Source: Rhizodiscina lignyota (lineage: Eukaryota). Taken from it: a DNA stretch of 64,000 nt. A program made the translations under genes and the position numbers. The stretch lies in assembly GCA_010015805.1 (NCBI GenBank), contig ML978125.1, forward strand, positions 2,046,001-2,110,000, read 5' to 3'. Below the pieces are notes generated by a model that saw only the letters and a list, made by a program, of their open reading frames with translations, was not told the DNA's origin and ran no database searches. Below are positions 37,148-47,489 of the stretch, in pieces (the first letter of the stretch is position 1; every line of letters starts with the position of its first letter).

Positions 37148-38771
37148 ATGGATAGAAAGTCCGATTTCTCTAGACAAACAAGTTCCTTGGGCTATGCGAC
37201 TAATGAGCCTCCCGTTACATTCGATCAGAGTACAGAGAGAAAGGTCGTTCGAAAATGCGATCTGCGTATTGTCCCCATTATGTCATGGTTATTCTTCCTG
37301 GCCTACATGGATCGCTTCAACATCAGCAATGCGAGCACAATGGGATTGCCTAAGGAGTTGCGCCTAAGCAGTGCAAAGTACAACGCTACGTTCTACATAT
37401 TTCTAGTTTCATACGTCTTGTTCCCCACCCCACAGAACCTGATGTTGCGACATTGTCGGCCATCCGTTTGGATCTCCTTGAACGCGTTTATGCTCGGTAA
37501 GGCGGAGTTGTACCCATGCTATGCGGATAGTATCTCTAACCATCGTAGGAATTATCACCCTGTGCACAGGCTTCGTGCAGACATCTACGCAACTCCTTCT
37601 CTGTCGATTTCTGCTCGGCATCTTTGAGTGCATCATAGTACCTGGTAAGGTATTACTTCCCAAGCTGAAGAGGTTTAGCTTACGATTTTTTGAGGATGCC
37701 TGTACATCATGTCCATGTATTTCAAGCCGTATGAACTGCAACGCCGATTCAATTTCTTCTTCTCTTTTGCACCATTCGCTGGAGCTTTTGGAGGTGTACG
37801 TATTCTACTACTGTTACTGATCGTCCGCACTCACGGTATGATAGCTCTTTGCATTTGCATGCGGAAAACTTGGTGGTACGGCCGGCATCTCTGGGTGGCG
37901 ATGGTAGAGGCACCTCCGTATCTGTTTCTCATCCTTCTGCTCATGTGTGCGTAGGATTTTTATCATCGAGGGCATCATCACGACCGTCTGCGCTGTGCTT
38001 GCGAAACCGCTCCTTGTCGACTGGCCCGAAAAAGCGCGATTCCTCACTGACCACGAACGCACGCTACTCGCGCAGCGTCTCACCGGTCCTGTGTACGACG
38101 AGGATAGCGACGTGTCGACAGGACTCGGCAGTACTTTCTCGGCGGTCCTTCGAGACTGGAAGTTCTACCTCGGAATATTGATGTTCTTTCCAGCTTCCAA
38201 TGCTGGCTACGCGGTCTCGTATTTTCTGCCTACCATAATCCAGGGACTAGGAAACTATGACGCAGTTGCAGTTCAAGTGCATACAATTCCAGTCTGGATG
38301 ACAGCATGGGCGATGTGTCTCCTCACTGCCTTTCTATCAGACAAGTTGCAGACGCGATATCCGTTTCTCTTGCTCGGCATCACTATTGGCTGCGTCGGTT
38401 ATATCATTCTCCTTGTTCCAGGATTGGCCATCGGTGCCAGATACGCAGCGACATTCTTTTGCGCTTCGTCCTTTACCATGATCCAGCCCATGATTATGAC
38501 ATGGGTGGTGCAAAATGTATCCGGATATGAGAAAAGAGCTATCGTAGTAGGCCTGACTACTGGGTTCGGAAATTGCGGAGGGTTCGTCGCTTCAAATATA
38601 TTTACTGTGGACGAAGCACCAAACTATGTGAGGGGCTTGTCTGTGACTCTGGGTCTCTTGGCATGTTGCGGACTTATGTGCACAGTATACTTTGCGGGAC
38701 TTGTGTGGGAGAATCGGAGAATGAGCAGGCTCGGAATGGGACAAGAAGGTCGTTCCAGATATGGTTATTGA
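37148..38771 (+). CDS. MFS transporter, Dal5/Tna1 (ACS) family
   Basis: RKCDLRIVP...AYMDRFNISNA, RPSVWI, RFLLGIFE, GWRW-IFIIEG, GNCGGFVASNIF; four introns. Confidence 0.88.
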
Positions 38772-39140
38772 AAGACTGGCAAGGGGAGGGGATTGGCTTG
38801 AGTCACGTCTGGGTAGACAGCAGATGTGAAAACTATGCACTATGTGCAGTTAGATATCGATCCAGCCAATAATAAATCAAATTACTTTCTCTTCGCATTC
38901 ACAATATATGTGTAAAGCAACAAATGAGACGATCACGCTGATATTTGGGCGCAAGTAGTGTGACCCTATTGGTGAGGTTCAAGTTGAAAAAACCATTCCT
39001 GGAAGTTCTTGAGGCATAGGCAGCGACGCGACATTTCTACCTAACAGCTGCCTACAACACCAGCGTGCTTATAAATCGAAAGGTCTATTTAACTTCCATC
39101 AAATCCATCTTCTTCCACACTGTACAATAACTCCACTACT

Positions 39141-39838
39141 ATGTCTTCATTCGTCTCTACAGAGCTGTTTGGTGGCGCGATTGTTGTAGATCTGCCTGCT
39201 GGCTTCGGTGACGCCAGGTGAGTTTGTTCAACCCTTCACCCGGTCTCATTTCTAATGCTAATGCCGCCAAAGCTCGATCCGACAAGTCCCCGATAATCAA
39301 GAGGTCTACCTGGATGCAAATGGCCTCACCAGTATCATCTTCGACATCCTCGAACGCGTGGATGAGAGTACCGCTGCAACCGATCAGGACGCTCTGAAAT
39401 ACCATTTCCACGATATCGCGTCCGGAACAAACGACACTACCCGGTTCTGGCATTTTGGATCTGCTACTTTGACGAAACTTCCGTACGTTCACTAAATGAC
39501 CACAAATCTAATGCTACCATCGCTAACACATCATTTCCAGTAACACGCCAGCGTATGTTCTTTTCGCCACTCAGGAGCCATCCAGAGATGCACCTCAACG
39601 CGGGCCTCAACCCGACTTCACTGGGATTCTATTGACTCTCGTACGACTGGCCAAAGAGAAGACAGACATTGTTATCGCTGTCAATGTGCCGCATGTGCCT
39701 GGCGAATACCGCCCAGAGGATGTGGACCTACCCGCCCAGAAACTGAGCCCGCATCTTGAGGCTGCTACTGCCGCACGACAGAAGATCCTCGAGACTTTTG
39801 AGATCAAGGACTGGTCTCTTTTCGTCAACGAGGAATAG
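39141..39838 (+). CDS. MOG1: Ran guanine nucleotide release factor Mog1
   Basis: ELFGGAIVVDLP..FGDA|S.IRQVPDNQEVYLDANGLTSIIFDILERV, YHFHDI, LVRL...TDIVIAVNVP, FEIKDWSLF. Confidence 0.9.
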
Positions 39839-39896
39839 ATAGAAGTTCACAGACATTTACAGAATCTTCAAGAGGTGGGAGGAAATGGAACTGGAT

Positions 39897-41906
39897 TTAG
39901 TCGTCTAAACAAATCACTCCAATGGCCTTCACAACATCGTCCAGCTCCTGCTCACTCCCCCTAGTACTATCTGGAGGACTCTTATTGCCGTCTTTTCGCG
40001 CTCTGTACATCTTTCCAATCATTTCCATGACGGCACCGTGATTTGCGCTGGGATTGGCCTTCTTTACGGTCTGGAAATGCTCCTTCACAAAAAGTTGGTA
40101 CTCGGAAGTCTTTATGTTTCTGACAGGAGGCTTTGTCTGCACAAGCTTTGCCTTGCATTTCCCACACGAATGGCGCGCTGGATCGATGGATTTCGAATGC
40201 CGCTTATACGCACAACCACACACGATACATTCCCAGATGTACTTGTACTCGATTTCGTAATGGTGCTTGGTTGTCACCTCAACTCCACGGCTTGAAAAGG
40301 CTCCCTCAACTTTGCGACCCCACTCCTTGAACTCTTTTCCGTGCGGGTTGCCTCTCACGCCGCTGATCATGTAATTCGCAAGATGGCAGAATTCGTGCGC
40401 CAGCGTATTCAACAATCTCTGCTCATCATCAATGACCTTCTCGGCAAACTCGATCGATGCGTGATGGCGTTGAATCACGCTCTGGCTTCCATCTTCAGCA
40501 GTCTTTCGGATCGTCTCACGTTTCCAGTTCGCTCGCCCGGCCGTGGTATTTAGCTTCTTACTCCATACAATCTTTACACCACCGGTAGCTGCGGTTAGCT
40601 CTGCGATCTTTCCGCCTGTGATCTTTTCATCGAGATCCTTGAGAAAGATGTCGGCAAGGTTGTGTTTCCCGGCTTCGAAATCCTTCCGCGCCTTAACAAC
40701 GGCCGGATCTTTCTTCGTCGGACTCTTCCGCGGCGACTTCGTCGGCGAAGGAGACTCGCCATCTGAGCCGCTAGATGAGGACTTCTTCACAAGGCCGCCA
40801 AAGTTCTTCTTGCGTGGAGATGTCAGGGTGTCTTTCGTTGGCGAATACTGATCATTCCACTCGTTTATTACTGTTGCACTCCAGAAAGCATCAATGCTAG
40901 GGCGGAATGGGGCATGTGGAATCCTATTCTTCTTCGAGGGTGATGTGAGGCGCGAGTTGGAGGGGCTTGGGGGAGGGGTTGTAGCTGGTGGAGTGACGGG
41001 TCGCGCCAACGGAGGAGCCTTGTGGGGAGAGCGAGACTTTGGAGGGTCGAAGGTTAAGATTGCCGCACGATCATTATCTGAGGAGCTAGAAGGCCGAGAA
41101 GCTGTAACATCGGATGGCAACTGTAGAGGTCTCTCTGGTAACTTCTTTGGATTCGGAGACACCAAATCGACGACCTCCCTGCCTGGCTCTTGGAGATTTA
41201 CGATCGGTCTTTTCACAGCTCTTCTTCGCGGAGATGGGGACGGCGGAGGTGATTGGCTTTCCGATTTCTTCCTCCGGCCTGGAGCCTTGGAAGGAGACGG
41301 ATTCCTCCCTGACCAGAAATTTATGAGTGCTATGGAGTCGTCCTCTTCCGTGCTGCTTTCAGAGTCTTCCCCTTCGTCTCCACTCCGTGCTTTTACCACT
41401 CGTGACAATTCCATCTCTTGTACCTCATCCAGCACTTCCTGTTCATATTTCGCTGTTCGCTTCGCCCGCCTGCTCGGAGTTTGCCTCACCGACTGCTCTC
41501 CCTTTCGCAGTATTGTATCCTCTTGGGCGTGCCCAAGCGAGTTCTTCTCTTCGCCTCTGCTCGTGATATGTTCGAGTGGAAGAAGGACTGAGTTTCCTTG
41601 TATGCCTTTCAACGCTCGTTGCCGGCGCACTTGACCCTCTTCATTTGCCCGAGCCTTCACGGTGACCTTCGGAATCAATCTCGTCGAGGGGTGTTTGTTG
41701 CGACCGTTTCTTTCGTGCTCCGAGGAGCTTTCCGTGTTTGAACTGCCATTCAGTTCCTGCTGTCCATTTGCAGTTGATTTAATCGTGACTGTCTGTAGTC
41801 GCGGCTTAGACTTTACGGATACGGCCCTTTGCGATGGCTTATTGAGGAGGTCCGCAATCGATGGGAGATCATCTTCGGAATCGGAAGGAGATGTTGGACG
41901 AGCCAT
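39897..41906 (-). CDS. SprT-like metalloprotease with disordered N-terminus, Zn ribbon and HMG-box-like tail (GCNA/ACRC-like)
   Basis: WSKKLNTTAGRA, LAHEFCH (HExxH), PHGKEFKEW, CIVC...RHSKSID...CGKC, SEYQLFVKEHF. Confidence 0.9.
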   Translation of the reverse strand: MARPTSPSDSEDDLPSIADLLNKPSQRAVSVKSKPRLQTVTIKSTANGQQELNGSSNTESSSEHERNGRNKHPSTRLIPKVTVKARANEEGQVRRQRALKGIQGNSVLLPLEHITSRGEEKNSLGHAQEDTILRKGEQSVRQTPSRRAKRTAKYEQEVLDEVQEMELSRVVKARSGDEGEDSESSTEEDDSIALINFWSGRNPSPSKAPGRRKKSESQSPPPSPSPRRRAVKRPIVNLQEPGREVVDLVSPNPKKLPERPLQLPSDVTASRPSSSSDNDRAAILTFDPPKSRSPHKAPPLARPVTPPATTPPPSPSNSRLTSPSKKNRIPHAPFRPSIDAFWSATVINEWNDQYSPTKDTLTSPRKKNFGGLVKKSSSSGSDGESPSPTKSPRKSPTKKDPAVVKARKDFEAGKHNLADIFLKDLDEKITGGKIAELTAATGGVKIVWSKKLNTTAGRANWKRETIRKTAEDGSQSVIQRHHASIEFAEKVIDDEQRLLNTLAHEFCHLANYMISGVRGNPHGKEFKEWGRKVEGAFSSRGVEVTTKHHYEIEYKYIWECIVCGCAYKRHSKSIDPARHSCGKCKAKLVQTKPPVRNIKTSEYQLFVKEHFQTVKKANPSANHGAVMEMIGKMYRARKDGNKSPPDSTRGSEQELDDVVKAIGVICLDD

Positions 41907-42349
41907 GTGAATTAATATGAGTTAATGGTATGAATCTACTAATAATTCGATTGTGAAAGAGAAGAGAATTTGGTTCTCGATGTGGCGTTTTAGGAACCTT
42001 GTTGTGGCGCCGTTGCTACGGGCAACGATATGCACTTTTGACCAGGCTACCTATCATAAGGGCCTACAGGTGCTCTGTACTCGGGAACGCGGATAATAGA
42101 ATGGTCATGTATGAGCATCGACAATCTATGGTTTCAAGCTGGCCTAATAACACTAGGACCATACATATTTTCCCAGCACCTAATACAAGCTGAAATTCAA
42201 AAAGAAAATGCCCAAAATCCATTTCAATGTGCAAGTCGCCATTAGACAAGACGACTCTACCGAACGCCGTGCTCAGAAACCATCTGCCATTGCCTCGTTT
42301 TGCGTATTCGTACATGTCTCCCGGAATCGTTGACACGCATCCTCAATGC

Positions 42350-43645
42350 TCAATCAGCTGCAAGCATACTCTCGACGAGATCGCCAAGCGGGCCGTAAAA
42401 GTCCTTGTTGTTCTGCGCCAAGTCGTGTTCATCTACGAAGAGGACGTAATGTTTGAAGCTCGTGTTCAAATGTGGCTCGAGGCCCAGGTGACGGATGATC
42501 TGATAGTGATGGCAGTAGATGTGGGCGTAGACGCGGTAGAGCCTCTTGAACAGCTGCGCGATGAGCGGACGAAAGGTTTTGGGGAACGGAACGCCAATAC
42601 GGCTGGGAAATACGGCCTCGTTGTCGATGTTACTCTGCACCCAGGCCATGAGATGCTCGACGTATTCTGGCGCAGGCATTTTGGTGGGACGCTTGTAGTT
42701 TTCGTTGTCTTGCCAGAGGTACTCAAACTCGTCGGTTGCCTTCATCTCAGGACAGGACTGGGGAGAGCAAAACTCTGTTATTGAGCCATAGAGAAGGTTG
42801 ATCTGGTTGTAGAAATCCACAACTATACTAGTATTAGCAAAACTAGCTGTGTCTGACAGAGGCAATTCATGTACCATTGACAGCGAGCCACTCATCTTCC
42901 GACTCTCCCTCTGGAGTCTTGACTGCCTTCTTCAAGCTTCCGCTACCCAAGGTCGCCTCGGCATATTGCTTCAGCTGGTAAGAACTCGTGCCTTTGTTCG
43001 TTTTCTGTGGCTTGAATCGATCGGCGCGGGTGGTACGGGAGTTGCTTCTAGTGAGACCAAAGCTGTTAACATGAGACCATTCCGCAAATACATACTTCAG
43101 ACTCTGTGAAATTTGAACGGCGCAACACATAGTCAATGATGATACAGGATTTGGGAAGGGACAGGTACAATAGTTCTTCGAAACACCATCCAGTTCGTGC
43201 CGCATTTGGGGGGCGATGAATGGCTCGAGGGCTCGCACTTCCTCGCAAAGCTGCCTGGAACGCACGCTGAACCGGACTGGCGTAAGCAGTCTCTGGCTGT
43301 TGAGGGCTACCTATGCTCCTCGGCGTCTCAACTCCCCACATCTGGCTGGCCGGGCTTCCCCAGATAAACATTGAGGCAGGTGAGTTGCTGCCCAGATGTA
43401 TGCAACTGCTGGACTCCACAAGCGAGTGGATTGGTTCCAACACTTTCCCGCGAGTTGGACAAAGACGGGCCGGAGGAGACACGCTCTGGCAGAAGCGGGC
43501 TGGGGGAGATGGTAGGGAATATGAGGATGGCATGCGATGCGAGGAGAACTCAAAAGGTGTGTGCGAGGGTGGTGTGCTCAAAGCGATGCTGCTGCATAGG
43601 GATAGGAATCGGCGTGACTGACATGGAGTTTATGAACGAAGACAT
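42350..43645 (-). CDS. MOB1: Mob1 kinase activator
   Basis: MSSFINSI|575-nt intron 43048-43622|...[61 protein letters not shown]. First-exon assignment is inferred. Confidence 0.9.
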
Positions 43646-44597
43646 CTTGCCTTCAACTGCAAGTAGACGATCGTCTTATTCGAGGGACTCGAAATTGCAG
43701 TTCTCGCGGAGGGGCACTGCAGAACATTCTTCGCGTTAGCTAGGTGATCTCAAAGCTGGAGAATGCAACCCATCCTCCTTTTCGGTGGTAATTGTCATAA
43801 CTTACAATACGTTCCAACAAACAAAGTGCTTTGGGACAGAGGAGCGCTGGTGAACTATATTGCTGGACTCTTGCTGAGAGCAATTGAAGAGTGGTGTGGA
43901 GAAGAGGTAGAGATGTAAACAAGCGTGGCGTGGCCTTATCGATAGCGCTAGCCGAGCAACAGCACCAAACACCTTGGGCCTGGCTATAATGTCCAACCTT
44001 ACTCCGTATACGGAATAGTGGCATCGAATCATCTTTGCCGTTAGACATCAAAATGTTCAATTTTCATCATGATATGCGACTACTGTAAGCCATGTCCAGA
44101 GGAAGCTGATGCGAAAAATTGCGGCTCGAGCTGTAATTCCTCCGTCATTCTCTCCAATCTTAAGCAGGCTACTTCGCCTTGCTAATTTCTTCGGCTTAAT
44201 TTCACTCAGTATCCCCTCTCTAAACACGCCATTCCAGCTTGAGTAGGTGGCACAAGCGCAAGGCGAAGGTGTAGGAGGGTCCCGCGGAAAATTGAGAGCC
44301 AGACCTCACTTCTTCAGCAAGTCCGCAGCGACACCGCTGTGGTCGGTTGGAGATCTTCGAGTGGAGATGGACACTCCGCTCGGCCCTTAACCGAGCAGTA
44401 CGGGGATCTCTTGTCGAGTCATCACCAATCTTTCGTAAGACATTCGCAGAATGTTCGGCGAAGAGATGCTGAAAGAAGTCGGAGGCACCGAGATCGGCTC
44501 GTGCATCACCCTGATCTATTACTCGTTCGTTGTGTTTATATACGAGACCATTTGCGGTTGAACAACAAACCATCGACTTGTTAATCTACATCCCATA

Positions 44598-45371
44598 ATG
44601 GCCGACAACAAGAGCAGCAATATTTCAGATATTGAGGGCACTGGCCCAAACATCGACCCTATCGCGGACGCCAAACGAGTCTTTGCTGTCCTACAGAAAG
44701 GCGGGCTCGCCATAATACCGGTCGACGTTGGATACGCAGTCTGCGCCATGCACAACGAGGCCTTGGAGCGAGCGTTTACGACAAAGCAACGCAAGCCTCA
44801 CAAGCGGCACGCTATGATGGGGAGCTGGGCGACGCACCAAGCTATCCATGTTCTACCACCGCGGGAAGCAAGAATGGCGAAGCTTATAGTGAAGGACCTT
44901 GACTTGCCTCTTGGCTTGGTTGCTCCATTCAAAGAGGACCATCCCGTCATCCAAAAGCTCGGTGTGGAAACTCTGGAGCGGAGCTCAGTTGAGGGGACAC
45001 TAGCGATGCTGGTGAACGTTGGCCCGCTGGTAGATGAGCTCACAAGGCTGGCGCTCGAAGCCAATGTTCCGATCATGGGCTCTTCGGCGAACCTGACTGG
45101 GAAAGGGACCAAACCGCTTGTTGCAGATATTGAGCCGGAGATCCTTGCGGCAGCTGATATCGTGATCGATTATGGGCGGATTAAATATTCGAATCCCCGT
45201 ACTTCGTCGACGATGTATGACTTCAAGAATATGCGTTTGATACGTTATGGCGCTTGCTATGACGTGATTAAGGATGCCCTTAACAGATTTTACGGCATCG
45301 ATCTGCCAGATGATCCGGGCAAGGACGTCTTGTTTTCTGGGCATGCAGTAGCGCAGCAGAATCAATACTGA
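44598..45371 (+). CDS. Stand-alone YrdC/Sua5-like domain protein (non-canonical paralog)
   Basis: Intronless; GGLAIIPVDVGY, KQR, SSANLTG, SST, IRYGA resemble YrdC-fold motifs; no C-terminal SUA5 domain. Confidence 0.8.
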   Translation: MADNKSSNISDIEGTGPNIDPIADAKRVFAVLQKGGLAIIPVDVGYAVCAMHNEALERAFTTKQRKPHKRHAMMGSWATHQAIHVLPPREARMAKLIVKDLDLPLGLVAPFKEDHPVIQKLGVETLERSSVEGTLAMLVNVGPLVDELTRLALEANVPIMGSSANLTGKGTKPLVADIEPEILAAADIVIDYGRIKYSNPRTSSTMYDFKNMRLIRYGACYDVIKDALNRFYGIDLPDDPGKDVLFSGHAVAQQNQY

Positions 45372-45413
45372 ATAGGAGACGAGACTAAATTGGTAAAGGG
45401 AGACGGTGATAGA

Positions 45414-46836
45414 TCAAACAGTTTGCGATTTCTCCCATACCTTCTTGCCGGCCACCCATGTCTCCCTCAAATTCCCGTCATCATCCAAGACCACAAAATC
45501 CGCTCTTCTGCCCTCCTCCAGCTTCCCTCTATCTTCCAATGACATGAAGCTTGCGACATTCTCAGTCACACATCGCACGGCCTGTGCAACATCGCATCCA
45601 GACCACTTCATCAGGTTCCGCACGCCTTCTTGAAGACTACAACATCCACCGATCAGGGTGTCTGTACCTTCGATGACAACCTTCGTGCCCATCTTCGTTT
45701 GATTGAAAGGAATCTGCGCATGTCCAGGGTATGTACCATCAGGAAGCCCAAGCAGCTCAATGCTGTCCGTGATCAATATGGCCTTTTGAGGTCCTGAACG
45801 GGCCAGAAGTGACACGACGTTTGGATGAATGTGATGCCCGTCAGGGATAATAGAGTAGTACGGAGGCTCTGTTCCAGGAGTCGCTGGTGGATGCGATGAC
45901 ACCGTTGACAAAGGCAGTCCAACGAGGCCTGGAAGGCCTGGATCGCGGTGGTGGAGAGCAGACATTGCGTTCAGAACGTGAGTCAAGCCAGTTGCTCCAG
46001 CCTTTAGTCCTTCGACACCTTGGGCGTAGGTGGCATTACTATGTCCAAGACTGACGCGTATGCCTCGACTCGAAAGGTTCTGAATCAGCGCGCTCGATTG
46101 TGGAAGCTCAGGTGCAAGAGTCACTAGTTTGATATTCGACAAGTTTGGCTCCCCATATGTCGATTCAGGCGATTGTGACGGATCTAGAAATAGCGAGGCA
46201 TTATGCGCACCCTTCTTAGAAGGATGAAGGTAAGGTCCTTCACAATGTGCACCGAGCAGAGATGCCCCGGCAGAGAACTCCCAGGGTGACAAGTTGGGGA
46301 TGATCTGTGGTGGAAGAAGTACGTCAACTCACCACGCACTTAAGCAATGAAGGCGAGTGCCTTTCCGTGATTGAGATGGATATATGAGAAATCCAGCGAA
46401 CGTGGTCACAGCTCTGTAACAGCAGGGCAATGATGAGAGTCGGGAACAATAATTCAAACCCGATGTAAGAATTTGATTCCTTATCGAAAATGCTTGTTAC
46501 CTTTTGAAACTGTCCAGCCGTTACAGTTGGAATTGTCGCCCAGAATCCCGTTATGCCTTGAGAGACATAATACTTGGAGATGTGCTCCAGTTTTTGGCGG
46601 TACGACTCAGAGTCGTCGAAGTGCGTATAATGGAAGCCGTGCACGCCATTGGTATGTAGCTCAAGGAATCCTGGCGCTATGATTCCGCCTTCGAGGTCTA
46701 CAGTTCTTCCGCCAGCTTCTCCCGTGCTCTTTTCGATCAGGGCGGTGTCACCAGATACCACCAACTGATCCTCGACAAGCTCGCCATTGATGCATTGACG
46801 ACAATTGATAAATGTAGTAACGTGACGAGGGCTCAT
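45414..46836 (-). CDS. N-acetylglucosamine-6-phosphate deacetylase-like amidohydrolase
   Basis: APGFLELHTNG, GAHCEGPYL..KKGAH, VTLAPE, SLGHS, THVLNAM, DGHH, ITDS, GRRADFVVLD; intron 46305-46500. Confidence 0.9.
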
Positions 46837-47489
46837 AGTAAACAATATTTGCAATGAAAAGGGGCATAGACTAGAAAGTGGCCTAAAGAAAGCTACATGG
46901 ATTACGCCATACCTACACACCTGGAGGTTAGAGGCTGGAGGGTACCGATCGATCGGGCGGTGACGTGGGACGCCTGTCGTCGTTTGCGGCGGGGGAAACC
47001 GAATGTGCACCCATGCATTGGCAGGTGTCAGGGTAGATGCAACTGACCCTGACAGATCCGAGCTTGAGCATCTAAAACGTCACAGGAAGCAGCCCCAGGG
47101 AAGATCAGTGTAGATGTTGAATTGCTTCAATAGATCACCAACTGAGCAATTGTGCAAGAGCAGATTTCTGGGACGCGTTCCCGACGCGTGGGCGCGCTAC
47201 GGCTTTATTGGAGGATCTAGTGGCTGCTTATGACGTAACCGTGTGAGCGCCGCCCGAGAAGGTCAAAACCAGCAAGCTCAAGTGGGAACACATGCACCCC
47301 TTCACAGACCGATCTACCGCGCAAGGTCAGGCGAAGTTGGAAGCGGGAACGCACTATACATCATCAATTCCTGCTTCTTGGAGGCACTTATCTCCTGTCC
47401 TCCCCACAAGTCCCTCTTGGTTCTCTCCACCCCTCTCCTGGTTTTGTCACTGAAAAGAGCTCCCAAGAGCTCCGTGTCCCTTGAGCACA

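Noticed and set aside
42227..42784. 185-aa plus-strand ORF
   Set aside because: Antisense shadow of MOB1.
43096..43103. 8-nt poison micro-exon in the MOB1 intron (CAG|AGTCTGAA|GTATGT)
   Set aside because: Splice signals are plausible but short enough to arise by chance; cannot be supported without RNA data.
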